DNA from: Bacillota bacterium
Lineage (GTDB): Bacteria; Bacillota_I; Bacilli_A; ML615J-28; CAG-698
NCBI GenBank assembly: GCA_016280895.1
Contig: JAEEHM010000093.1
Location: 14,987 to 78,986, forward strand
Direction: 5' to 3'
Length of the DNA: 64,000 nt
Made by a program: the position numbers and the translations under genes. A model generated the notes under the pieces. The model saw only the letters and a program-made list of their open reading frames with translations. It was not told the origin of the DNA and made no database searches. Shown piece by piece: positions 39,802 to 49,828 of the stretch (position 1 is its first letter; every line of letters starts with the position of its first letter).

Positions 39802-41886
39802 ATGGACACATTTAAATTTGATGAATACAAATATGAAAATGATTACGAATTAATTGAAGTAATAAATGAAAATGTATGTATAAATAAGATAGAAAAATTT
39901 TTTAAAAATAATATTGAAAATTTTGAGTTTGAAACGATATTATCTATTATTATTTGCAAAAGCGAAGGCTTTTCATTTTTAAAATCAAAAGGAGTGTTTA
40001 GAGTTTTTGATAATATTAATAATTCTTTACATGTATTTGATTTATTAGAAAGACTGTTAAAATTGAAAAGTAGGATTAATATCGATGAGATATATATAGA
40101 AATGAAACTTGAATTCAAAAAAATCGTAGAACCAATTAAAAGAAAAATAGATAAGTATACGAATATTGCACTGCATTACAAAGAATTTGCAATACTTGAT
40201 ATTATGTCAATTTGTGCAAAAAAACAGGACTTGATTAGCAATAATTTAAAATCTAAAATTAAAAATATCAATTTCGATTCTAAAGAAATAAGTTTTGTAG
40301 ATTATTGTAATGGCGCATCTATATTTATAAGTCTTTTATGTGAACAATCAAATATGTTCAAAAGTAATACTAAGCACTTATATGCTGATAGAGATTTTAA
40401 TATTGAAAAAAGTCTCATTTTTTTTAATAAGTTATATAAATTAAGAGAATATGAAATTTATATTGACTGCTTTGGATTCAAGGTGTGTAAAAATAATAAT
40501 ACATTTACCTTATCTTCACCAAATAAGGATTTGATGAAATGTATAAGTTGTTGTACAATTTTATCTTTTTTTGAAAGAATGAACTCAGCTTACTATACAA
40601 GAGATTTTTCAGGTATTAGCTTTTCTGAATTTGTTAATAAAGATAAAGAGTATAAACTAGATAAAATCATAAAAACTGAATATAAGGATAACTTCAATTA
40701 TAAAAGATATGTATTTTCTATAACTAATTTATTTGGAAAATTGTTTAAAGAAAACTTTTTATTTAAGGAGGAAATGACTATTCTTGATGCACTGGCACGT
40801 GAATTTGTTGTTCCAGAAGTAAAATTGCTTAATATGAAATTTAGAAATAATTTGAATATTTGGGATGTTTTCAAATTTAAAAGAATTTTTGATTTGTGGA
40901 ACGAAAAAATAAAAAGATTAGAATTTTCTGATAATTCTATTTATTTCAATACAGTTTCTCAAAGGCTAAAACGCTCTGATTTTAATCTTTTATTCAAATA
41001 TCTATATGACAATGAAGAGAAAATAACTGATATGATTGAAATGATGAACTTTAACGCAGCAAATTCTATAAAGGATATTTTGTATAGCCCTTTTGTAGTT
41101 TTAGATGATTTTGTATATTTTTCTCCGATTTTAGTTTCACAATCTAATATTCCAGGAAACTGTATTTCCGTAGCTAAGTATAAATCTTTGAATGATGAAA
41201 ACTATAGGATTATAAATAATAGAAATGAATATGTTGAAGAATTATTAAGAAAAGTTTGCGAGCAAACTAATATTAAATGTAGAGTTGGGGAAATGGATTT
41301 TTCGTATAGAGGTATAAAAAGTGATATTGATGTTTTACTATATAATGATGACTATATGATAATTGTTGAATGTAAGTCACCAACAGCTTCTACAAATGCA
41401 TTTGAATTAAGAAAAATTTATTCATATTTAGAGAAGGGCGCTAAGCAACTTGATTTATCTCTTAAGGCGATGCAGGATGATGACTTTTATAAAAATAAAA
41501 TGCATGAGTGGAACATACCTATTAGAAAAAGGAAAATATATTCATTGATTTGTAATGCGCAACGAGAGTTTAATGGTATTTTTATAAACAATCATCCCGT
41601 TAGATCTGTTAAGGAAATGTGTAATTATCTACTTGATGGAACAATAATAGTTTCAAATAATGAATATGTTGTTAGAACAAATGATGATGTTTTTGAATCG
41701 CTTATAGAATATATTGGAAATAATAGTTTTATTTTTAAGGTGCTTGATTCATTGACTGAGTATAAAGAAATGTTTCATATTGAAAATAAGAAATTTGAAA
41801 TGGAGAACTTTGCATTAGATGCTCGAAATTTGGATTCAATTTTATCAAGAGAGTATGAAAAACTAGAACAATCAAAAATTAAATAG
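39802..41886 (+). CDS. Large hypothetical protein with a C-terminal PD-(D/E)xK (NERD-like) nuclease motif
   Basis: SDIDVLLY...IIVECKS...GAKQL. Confidence 0.6.
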   Translation: MDTFKFDEYKYENDYELIEVINENVCINKIEKFFKNNIENFEFETILSIIICKSEGFSFLKSKGVFRVFDNINNSLHVFDLLERLLKLKSRINIDEIYIEMKLEFKKIVEPIKRKIDKYTNIALHYKEFAILDIMSICAKKQDLISNNLKSKIKNINFDSKEISFVDYCNGASIFISLLCEQSNMFKSNTKHLYADRDFNIEKSLIFFNKLYKLREYEIYIDCFGFKVCKNNNTFTLSSPNKDLMKCISCCTILSFFERMNSAYYTRDFSGISFSEFVNKDKEYKLDKIIKTEYKDNFNYKRYVFSITNLFGKLFKENFLFKEEMTILDALAREFVVPEVKLLNMKFRNNLNIWDVFKFKRIFDLWNEKIKRLEFSDNSIYFNTVSQRLKRSDFNLLFKYLYDNEEKITDMIEMMNFNAANSIKDILYSPFVVLDDFVYFSPILVSQSNIPGNCISVAKYKSLNDENYRIINNRNEYVEELLRKVCEQTNIKCRVGEMDFSYRGIKSDIDVLLYNDDYMIIVECKSPTASTNAFELRKIYSYLEKGAKQLDLSLKAMQDDDFYKNKMHEWNIPIRKRKIYSLICNAQREFNGIFINNHPVRSVKEMCNYLLDGTIIVSNNEYVVRTNDDVFESLIEYIGNNSFIFKVLDSLTEYKEMFHIENKKFEMENFALDARNLDSILSREYEKLEQSKIK

Positions 41887-42136
41887 TTATGATTCTTTTA
41901 TTGTTATTTATCACATCACTCACAAAAATATGAATTTTATGCGAGCCTTTATCATTTTTAGCAAAAGATAAATCTTTATTTATATTAATAGATTTTAAGT
42001 TTAAGATATTAATTAATTCATCAGTCATTTTACCTCCTTCAATGTTTCTACAAAAATATAATATCAAAAAAGGTAGATTTATTCAATATGAATCCACCAC
42101 TTATTTGAAAGGTATAGTCTTAACACCACTTATTTT
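41879..42136 (-). mobile_element. Possible ISL3-like transposase N-terminal remnant and end
   Basis: Minus-strand GAAGGAGG + ATG at 42028 (MTDELINILNLK...); caccacttattt occurs twice upstream, cut by the IS21 end. Confidence 0.3.
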
Positions 42137-42137
42137 A

Positions 42138-42207
42138 TGTTAAATGTCAATATTATTTTAACCAAAAAAGAGAATATTTATTTAACCAATGGGGGACAGG
42201 GGAAATG
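42138..42207. mobile_element. Solo IS21-family terminal repeat (copy 2)
   Basis: Near-identical to 4728-4795. Confidence 0.65.
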
Positions 42208-42354
42208 CTTTAGATTGGTTATATTTTTTATAAATTAAAAGTTGACAATATTTTACTGTTGTGTATAATATATAGTGGGCTTGTAATAATAATAATAATA
42301 ACATTATTTAATTACTAGCTAAAAAAGAATATTTTATAAAAAGAAGGAGGAAAT

Positions 42355-45300
42355 ATGAACGAAATAGGTTCGATTTGGAGAAGGTGGGATTTTCATGTAC
42401 ATACGCCATACTCTCTATTAAATAATGAATTTGGTGATTGCGATGATGAGGAAATTTGGGATAAATATGTTCACACATTATATGTGAAAGCAATTTCACT
42501 TTCAATAGGTGCTATATTTTTGACAGATTATTTTATTATAGAAGGTTATGAGAAAGTAGTTTCCATTATAAAAAATCAAGAAAGAATGAAAAAAATTTTT
42601 GCGAATGAAATTAAAAAGGATTCTAATTTTTTAACAAAAGTAAATAAAATAGCAATTTTTCCTAATATAGAATTTAGAACGAGTGATACAATTAATCAAA
42701 ATAAAGTACAAGTGCACGTCTTGTTTTCTAACGAATTAGCATCTAATACGATAAAAAAATATTTTTTGAAAATGTTATATTGCGATTTATCTGGAAATAA
42801 ATGGTATTGTGATTTAGATGACTTAAAAAAACTTGGTGAATATTGTGATGAACGTGGAATTGGCAATTTGGTTGGGCACAATCGTTTAAAACTTGGAATG
42901 AATAATTTTTCAGTTAAAATTGATGATGTCAAAAAATATTTAGAAGATAAAAGATTTGAAGGAAAATACATTATTGTTAGTGTCGTAGAAGACTTGGATA
43001 CACTTAATTGGCAAAATCAATCTGGTAGCTTGAGAGTAAAATATCGACAATTAAGTCAAGCGGTTTTTACCTCAAATGATAATAATATAAAATGGTTTAA
43101 ATCTGAAGAATGCGAAAAAACCATAGGTAAAACTTTGCCTTGTATAACTGGCTCTGATTGTCATAATTTTGAAGATATGTTTGAATCAAATAATTTGAAG
43201 TATTGTTGGGTTAAATCTGACACAACTTTTAGAGGACTAAAAGATTCTTTAAAGAATTCGGAAGAAAGAATTTATATTGGTGAAAAACCAATTGATATTG
43301 CTTTACAAGAAAAAAGAAAATCATATACGATAAAATCTATAGACATATATACTGACAGTTTAGAATCACAAAAACATTGGATAAATGGACACCTTGATTT
43401 TAATCCAGGAATGATATCAATAATTGGAAATAAAGGAAGTGGTAAAAGCGCTATTTCTGATATTATATCTTATCTTGGTAACACTTCAAAAGAGTCATAT
43501 TTTTCTTTTTTGAGACGCGATAGATTTTTTGACAAAACTAATAAATACGCAAATAATTACAAAGGATATTTAACGTTTTATGATGGTGCTAAAACTGAGG
43601 AAAAAATAATAAAAGAGAATGGCTACGATTCAGAAAAAATTGAACGAGTCATGTATTTACCACAAAGATATATAGAAAATACCTGTAATGACATTAATAG
43701 AACCTATTTCAAGAATGAAATCGAAGGTTTAATCTTTTCATATATCGATGATCTAGATAAAAATGGCTGTAAGAATCTAACAGAATTAATTAATAAGAAA
43801 TTTTCAACAATCAATATTGAAATAGAGACTTTAAAAGTTAAAATTAATGACATAAATAAGGATATTGTAGAAAAAGAAAGAAAGTTAACATTAGAATTTA
43901 GAAACCACTTAAGTTTGAATAAGCAAGAAATTTTGCAAAAAATTGAAAATCATAAAAGATCTAAGCCTGAACAAATAGAAAAACCATTATTAGATGACAA
44001 TAACAAGTATTTGATTTTATACTCAAGGTGTAGCCAGTTGAAAAAAACTGTTCTTGAAGATCATAATATGGAGTATACAAAATACGAAAAAATAACTGAT
44101 GAACTCAATTCTATAGATTATATTATTAATATCGAAAATGAAGTAAAAAAACGAATTATTGAATTAAACAATTTGTATAAAAACCATAATGATCAATACA
44201 ATTTGGACATTAATTGTGAAGTATCATTAGTAAAGAATGAAGAAAAAGAATTTAATGAGTATTATAAGAGATTAAACGATGATCAAGCTAAATTAAGGGA
44301 AAAATTGGTAAAAATTGACAATGAAAGTTCTATTTATGATATTGACAACACAAAGTATGAAGAAATTGAAAATAAAATAAAACTGATTTCTAATTACTTT
44401 GCGAAAGAAGCTGCCATAGACGAAATATTTGAAGAACTATCAAAAAAAATATCTACGCAGCAAGCTCAATACCAAGCAAATCAAGAAGAAATTAAAAAAT
44501 GGGATTTAATTGATTATGGTCTTAAAAACGGAAATAGTATAATTCCATATGAGAACTCTCTAAAAGGAATACAAACCCAAATCGATTATGTAAATAATGA
44601 ATTACCAAATGAAATAAACAAGCTTAAAAATAAGCAAATTGAATTAATAAATGAACTTTATGAAAAACTTGTTTTGAAAAGAAATTCATTAAGAGAATTG
44701 TACGAGGCTGTTCAAAACAAAGTAAATAGTGTACTGGAAGATGGACTTGATAAAATGACATTTGATTCAGTAATTGCATTTGATTCTGCCCTTATAAAAA
44801 AGATTGATATGATGGTTAACCATCGAGTGTCTTCGAAGTATTCTGATTTATCATATTTAGAGAATATAGTTCCTAAAATTGATTTTAATGACAAACAATC
44901 AACGATTTCATTTATAAAAGAACAATTTGGTAATTTATGCAACGATCTTAACTGCTTTTATAAAAATATGTTAAAGGATAATAATCAGGTTGATTTTTAT
45001 AATCTATTATCTAAATTGGATTATTTAAGTGTTCAATATGATTTAAAGATGAATAATAAGGCCTTGGATCAATTATCGCCTGGCGAAAAAGGAATAGTCT
45101 TATTAATCTTTTACCTTGCATTGGATAAGGGAAATAAAACGTTAATTATTGATCAACCAGAAGATAATTTAGACAATCAGTCTATTTTTGAGAGATTAAC
45201 AAAATTAATAGTGATGGCAAAGAAAAACAGGCAAATAATCGTGGTGACACATAATCCAAATATAGCAGTAGCTTGTGATTCTGAGCAGATCATATACGCA

Positions 45301-45447
45301 TCAATTGATCAAAACACAAATAAAATATCATATGAATCTGGTTCAATAGAAAACCCGACAATATCAAAGCATATTGTGGATGTTTTAGAAGGAACATTAC
45401 CTGCATTTTGTTATCGAGAATCTAAATATGATGTAGGTGATAAATAA
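42355..45447 (+). CDS. PHP phosphoesterase + coiled-coil ABC ATPase (TrlF/Ppl-like anti-phage protein)
   Basis: WRRWDFHVHTP, TDYF, PNIEFR, GSDCH; GNKGSGKS, YLPQ, LSPGEKG, IIDQPEDNLDN, VVTHNPN, VLEG. Confidence 0.85.
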   Translation: MNEIGSIWRRWDFHVHTPYSLLNNEFGDCDDEEIWDKYVHTLYVKAISLSIGAIFLTDYFIIEGYEKVVSIIKNQERMKKIFANEIKKDSNFLTKVNKIAIFPNIEFRTSDTINQNKVQVHVLFSNELASNTIKKYFLKMLYCDLSGNKWYCDLDDLKKLGEYCDERGIGNLVGHNRLKLGMNNFSVKIDDVKKYLEDKRFEGKYIIVSVVEDLDTLNWQNQSGSLRVKYRQLSQAVFTSNDNNIKWFKSEECEKTIGKTLPCITGSDCHNFEDMFESNNLKYCWVKSDTTFRGLKDSLKNSEERIYIGEKPIDIALQEKRKSYTIKSIDIYTDSLESQKHWINGHLDFNPGMISIIGNKGSGKSAISDIISYLGNTSKESYFSFLRRDRFFDKTNKYANNYKGYLTFYDGAKTEEKIIKENGYDSEKIERVMYLPQRYIENTCNDINRTYFKNEIEGLIFSYIDDLDKNGCKNLTELINKKFSTINIEIETLKVKINDINKDIVEKERKLTLEFRNHLSLNKQEILQKIENHKRSKPEQIEKPLLDDNNKYLILYSRCSQLKKTVLEDHNMEYTKYEKITDELNSIDYIINIENEVKKRIIELNNLYKNHNDQYNLDINCEVSLVKNEEKEFNEYYKRLNDDQAKLREKLVKIDNESSIYDIDNTKYEEIENKIKLISNYFAKEAAIDEIFEELSKKISTQQAQYQANQEEIKKWDLIDYGLKNGNSIIPYENSLKGIQTQIDYVNNELPNEINKLKNKQIELINELYEKLVLKRNSLRELYEAVQNKVNSVLEDGLDKMTFDSVIAFDSALIKKIDMMVNHRVSSKYSDLSYLENIVPKIDFNDKQSTISFIKEQFGNLCNDLNCFYKNMLKDNNQVDFYNLLSKLDYLSVQYDLKMNNKALDQLSPGEKGIVLLIFYLALDKGNKTLIIDQPEDNLDNQSIFERLTKLIVMAKKNRQIIVVTHNPNIAVACDSEQIIYASIDQNTNKISYESGSIENPTISKHIVDVLEGTLPAFCYRESKYDVGDK

Positions 45448-45682
45448 AAACAATAGACAATCAAAAATAGTTAAATGCTTGATAAAAAACAATATAAAAA
45501 GAAATACATATGAGCAAATACAATCCTTATTAAAAGTTTTGATGCATCTATTTATAAAACGACTAAGGATTCTATAACTGTTAGCATTTATGACTAAGCA
45601 CTTTAGTCGAAAACTAACTCCTTTTATAGCTGCATTTGATTAACCACTATTATCAATGACTATGAAGGAGTTTTTTTATTTG

Positions 45683-45950
45683 TGTTAAATATATAATAAA
45701 GATAACCAAAAAGTGGAAAGTTAATTTTACCAATTAATTGTCCATAGGTTATCTTTTTTGATATACTATACACATATGGAGGATAAAAATTATGAATATG
45801 TGTATTAGTACTAAATTAGCAGAATTTAAACACTGAATATTAAACCAAACTTTAGTGAATTATCAAGATTATTGGGTGTAGATCGTCATACATTAAAGAA
45901 GCACTATGAAGCAGGAGGAGTTAAGCCAAGAAAGAAAAGACAATATAATG
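45683..45950 (+). mobile_element. istA: IS21-family left end plus a frameshifted, truncated istA fragment
   Basis: TGTTAAAT...ataacca...ttacca end; GGAGG + ATG 45792; MNMCISTKLAEFK/TLNIKPNFSELSRLLGVDRHTLKKHY is the IstA N-terminal HTH. Confidence 0.7.
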
Positions 45951-46029
45951 TGTAAAAAACCGAACAATTAATGCAAAAAGTCTTTACATAAAAATTACAA
46001 TATGGTAAAATTATGTAGAGGTGTTAACA

Positions 46030-47346
46030 ATGAAGAAACTATTACAATTTTCAACATACGGAATTAAAAATATTGAGAACATGATTACTCTTGATTTTGC
46101 TAACCAAACAATTGAAAAGGGTATTCAAAAAACTAATAATGTTAAAGGAATTTTTGGCTATAATGGAGCTGGTAAAAGTGCCATTATCACTTCAGTTGAT
46201 TTTTATAATAAAATTGTTTGTAATCCTAATTATTTGGTACAAAATGATACTAAAGATAATTTGAGCAAATTAGTCAATTATATTAGAAATGAATTTTATA
46301 TTTCTGCATTATTTGAATTTGACAAAGGCATTGTCATAAAACATACTATAAAATTAGTTAAAGGTGAAATTATATCTGATTTTGTTATTTCTGAGGAATG
46401 CATTTCTATGTCAATGGGGCGAACACTTAATGATAAGTTTAAACCAATTATTGAGAAAAGAGAAAACGAAATCTATATTGAAGACAAAATCAAAAATGCT
46501 TCAACTCGAAATTATGAATTTTCATTAAATGATTTAAAATACAGTTCAATAGTTCAAAGCATGATGCAACAAATAATTGATCATGATAAAGAAGAAAACA
46601 ATAGCGAGTTCTCTGTATTAGAAAAAATAGCTTTATCTCTTTATTCAAGTGTTAATAGTATATTGGTTTATATGCAAGAAACAGATATACACAATAATTA
46701 TAAAATTGACAATAACATTTTGAAGGACTTAATTAGTAGAGTAGAAAAAATTAAAGTTGATTTGACTGATTTTACCGAAGTTTATACAAGCGATACTATT
46801 GTTCCTAAATCTGAATTTGAAAACTATGAGAAAGAAAATAAAAAGCTAGAAAGATTTATCAAATACTTTAAGCCAGATTTGAAGGAAATCAAATTAATAC
46901 CTAGTGAAAATAGAAATGTATATAATGTAAGAAAATTATTTGTATATGAGAATTATCGTGTTGAACTAGAATTTGAGTCTTCAGGAATAAAACAATTAGT
47001 TAAACTATATTCTTATCTAGAAAAATGTGCTAAGGGAAGAATTGTATTTGTTGATGAAATTGATACAAATATAAATGCAGTTTATTTTGAAAAACTAGTA
47101 TCATTCTTTAAAAATTATGGAAAAGGACAATTGATATTTACTACTCATAATATTGAAGTAATGAAGGCATTAAAGAATCAAAGTAGATCTATTGCTGTTT
47201 TAGGCGTTGATAATAAATTAGATACATGGGTAAGTAAAGGAAACAAATCTCCAATTAATGATTATATAAATGGAGACTTCCCTAATTCACCAATGAATAT
47301 TGAAGATTTTGACTTTATTAATATTTTTATGGGTGATGAAAAATGA
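46030..47346 (+). CDS. AAA_21/AbiEii-RloA-like ATPase
   Basis: GIKNI, GYNGAGKS, ESSGIKQL, VFVDEID, QLIFTTH. Confidence 0.85.
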   Translation: MKKLLQFSTYGIKNIENMITLDFANQTIEKGIQKTNNVKGIFGYNGAGKSAIITSVDFYNKIVCNPNYLVQNDTKDNLSKLVNYIRNEFYISALFEFDKGIVIKHTIKLVKGEIISDFVISEECISMSMGRTLNDKFKPIIEKRENEIYIEDKIKNASTRNYEFSLNDLKYSSIVQSMMQQIIDHDKEENNSEFSVLEKIALSLYSSVNSILVYMQETDIHNNYKIDNNILKDLISRVEKIKVDLTDFTEVYTSDTIVPKSEFENYEKENKKLERFIKYFKPDLKEIKLIPSENRNVYNVRKLFVYENYRVELEFESSGIKQLVKLYSYLEKCAKGRIVFVDEIDTNINAVYFEKLVSFFKNYGKGQLIFTTHNIEVMKALKNQSRSIAVLGVDNKLDTWVSKGNKSPINDYINGDFPNSPMNIEDFDFINIFMGDEK

Positions 47347-47828
47347 TAAAATTAGTTTTTATTATGGAAACCCGTTCATCCAATAGATCAGATTGGATGT
47401 ACATAAAATCTTCAATTGATTATTTTTATAAACCAAGAACATTTGCCTTAGACAAAATATTTGCTACCACAAAATCTGAGCTTATTAGCCAAGACACAAG
47501 AATTAAAAGTAAAATAGATGATCCAACAAGAGAAGTAAAGGTTATAATTGTTGCTTATTATGATAGGGAAGAAGATTTGAATGATAAAATAATAAAGTAT
47601 TGTAATGATAATGATTACGATTTGGTTTGGATGAATTTAGATGTCGAAGATGTCTATTTAGGAAAACAAGTGCTAGATAATCGTAAAAAATCTGAAGCGA
47701 TTAATTTCCAATCTAAAAAGCATAAATTGCTTCCAAAACTTACTGGACTTGCAAACACTTCCCCTTCGAAGACAAGACATACAACAAATTTGCTTTTAGT
47801 ATTGGATAAATATATAGCAAGAAATTAG
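47343..47828 (+). CDS. Small RloB/TOPRIM-like partner protein
   Basis: VFIMET...SDWMYI, AYYDRE, WMNLDVEDVYLG; ATGA overlap with the ATPase. Confidence 0.5.
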   Translation: MIKLVFIMETRSSNRSDWMYIKSSIDYFYKPRTFALDKIFATTKSELISQDTRIKSKIDDPTREVKVIIVAYYDREEDLNDKIIKYCNDNDYDLVWMNLDVEDVYLGKQVLDNRKKSEAINFQSKKHKLLPKLTGLANTSPSKTRHTTNLLLVLDKYIARN

Positions 47829-47871
47829 CATAAAAGTTACATAATTGTAATTTTTGTGTTCGTTTTAAACA

Positions 47872-47941
47872 TGTTAAATGTCAATATTATTTTAACCGAA
47901 AAAGAGAATATTAATTTAACCAATGGGGGATAGGGGAAATG
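47872..47941. mobile_element. Solo IS21-family terminal repeat (copy 3)
   Basis: Near-identical to the copies at 4728 and 42138. Confidence 0.65.
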
Positions 47942-48055
47942 TGTCTGAAGTATTTTATTCTTTAGAAACAAAGAAAACGAGAAATGGAACCTAAATCTTT
48001 GCCTAATAAAAACAAACTTTGCTTAAAAATGATACAAAAATAGGCAAATTGCTTT

Positions 48056-48122
48056 AAAACCTTGGGTTTAGTCGTAAAAACCTTGGGTTTCGTTTGTAAA
48101 ACCTTGGGTTTGATGGTATAAT
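48056..48122 (+). promoter_or_regulatory. Three AAAACCTTGGGTTT boxes at 21-bp period overlapping a promoter
   Basis: Copies start at 48056, 48077 and 48098; TTGTAA 48094-48099, 17 bp, TGn-TATAAT 48117-48122. Confidence 0.7.
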
Positions 48123-48140
48123 AAACACAAGAGGTGCATT

Positions 48141-49706
48141 ATGAAAAAGATAGGTTTGTTTTTAATAACATTATTATTTTTAATATTTACAGTTTCCTGC
48201 AAAAATGAACAAGAAAAAGAAGATGATTTCAACAATGAATTATATATAAATAAAGTAAATGATATTCTTTCTTTAGAAGATTTTAATTTACCAAATGGGA
48301 AAATTAAAAAAGTAGATGAAATAAATAATGATACAATAAAATATGTTGTTGTAAAAATAGAAGAAAGTGATACAGATTATAATACATATAAAGAATATAT
48401 AGATAATTATTTTCAAAATATCAATTATAAAAATGCTACTAGAATATTAAGATTTGATAGAATTAATAATTTCAATATTTATCGAAGTTCTAATGAATAT
48501 AGTAAGTTATCATTGTATTATAATGATGTAAGTAATTATTATTATATAAGTGCAACATATAATGAAGAAGATTATTTAGGTGAATCAGCAATAATATTGT
48601 TCGATTATTTTAATAAAATATATAATCTAAATATATCATTTTTAAAAGATGTTAAATTCATAAAATCTATAGCTGGTTTTGATGGTGAACTTGGTCTTAA
48701 TTTTGAAATTTATGGTAAAGATGTAAATGAGATAAATATAGATCAATATTATACATATTTAAAAGATATGGAAAAGGTAATAGATAAAGATTACATTAAA
48801 ACTGAAGAAGTTTATGCAATTGAAGAAAATATGACTGAATATTTTGTGACATCTTTTTATAATATTGAAGATAAAGATGATGTATATAAAATATCTAATT
48901 ATTATCTAATGTATAATAAGAGGATCAAATTAACATCAGATGGTAAATCAGAATTAACATCTTATAGTTTCTCTATATCAGGAGAATCTTATGATCAAGA
49001 TAAGAACAAAATCCAAAAATGGCCAAGTGAGATTAGTAAAAGTGTATTTAAAGATAAAGTGAATATTCCTGATTATCAAGGTAATTTCATCACATATATC
49101 TTAAGCTATGGTGATGCAACAACTAACAAGCAAAAATTAAGATTATTTGGACTTGATAATAGCTATATTGATGAATATTGTGATTCATTAATAAAACTTG
49201 GTTTTGTTGAAGACGAAAATAATCAATATGTTAAAATAATAAGTGAAAAATATGAAGATAGTTTAGATGAAGATTATTTAGCTTCAATAAAGATAGAAGT
49301 AAATGATAAATATACCGATTTTATTTATGATTATGAAACAATAATTAAACCAGTAGAAGAAGTCGTTAGTGAAGTAATTAGAAAACTTTTAGGAAGTGAT
49401 GTACTTGATTATATTCCAATGATATATCCAGAAAAAGAAATTGCTTGGTATAGTAGTAATATTTTAACTGGAGAGGAAGGTCTTACATTCCAAGTTGATT
49501 ATGTGTTAGATGATTATTATTATGATTATAAAGACTTATTAAAAGAAAATGGATATACTTTAGATGAATTAGATATTAATTTTACACGTGAAGTAGATGG
49601 TATTGGTACAATCAAAATAAAAGTTACAAGAAGACCTAGACCAATTGAAGATCAAGGAAGAAAAGATGTTTTAATTGGAATAAGTATTGAAAGAAATACT
49701 GATTAA
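48141..49706 (+). CDS. Hypothetical lipoprotein
   Basis: MKKIGLFLITLLFLIFTVSC lipobox signal; acidic and Tyr-rich. Confidence 0.75.
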   Translation: MKKIGLFLITLLFLIFTVSCKNEQEKEDDFNNELYINKVNDILSLEDFNLPNGKIKKVDEINNDTIKYVVVKIEESDTDYNTYKEYIDNYFQNINYKNATRILRFDRINNFNIYRSSNEYSKLSLYYNDVSNYYYISATYNEEDYLGESAIILFDYFNKIYNLNISFLKDVKFIKSIAGFDGELGLNFEIYGKDVNEINIDQYYTYLKDMEKVIDKDYIKTEEVYAIEENMTEYFVTSFYNIEDKDDVYKISNYYLMYNKRIKLTSDGKSELTSYSFSISGESYDQDKNKIQKWPSEISKSVFKDKVNIPDYQGNFITYILSYGDATTNKQKLRLFGLDNSYIDEYCDSLIKLGFVEDENNQYVKIISEKYEDSLDEDYLASIKIEVNDKYTDFIYDYETIIKPVEEVVSEVIRKLLGSDVLDYIPMIYPEKEIAWYSSNILTGEEGLTFQVDYVLDDYYYDYKDLLKENGYTLDELDINFTREVDGIGTIKIKVTRRPRPIEDQGRKDVLIGISIERNTD

Positions 49707-49713
49707 ATTAAAT

Positions 49714-49776
49714 GTGATATGTAATTAGCAAAATATGCTTAATACATATCACTTTTTTAAAAAAGTGATATGTATT
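49714..49776. promoter_or_regulatory. Three GTGATATGTA boxes forming a terminator hairpin and a perfect 36-bp palindrome upstream of fic
   Basis: aatacatatcactttttt/aaaaaagtgatatgtatt at 49741-49776; boxes 1 and 2 pair before a T run. Confidence 0.6.
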
Positions 49777-49828
49777 CATTGATTATCAATATTTCATATG
49801 TTATAATATTAAAAAAGAGGTATGTGTT

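Noticed and set aside
48056-48111. Plasmid iterons or replication origin
   Set aside because: No rep gene is nearby and the boxes overlap a promoter.
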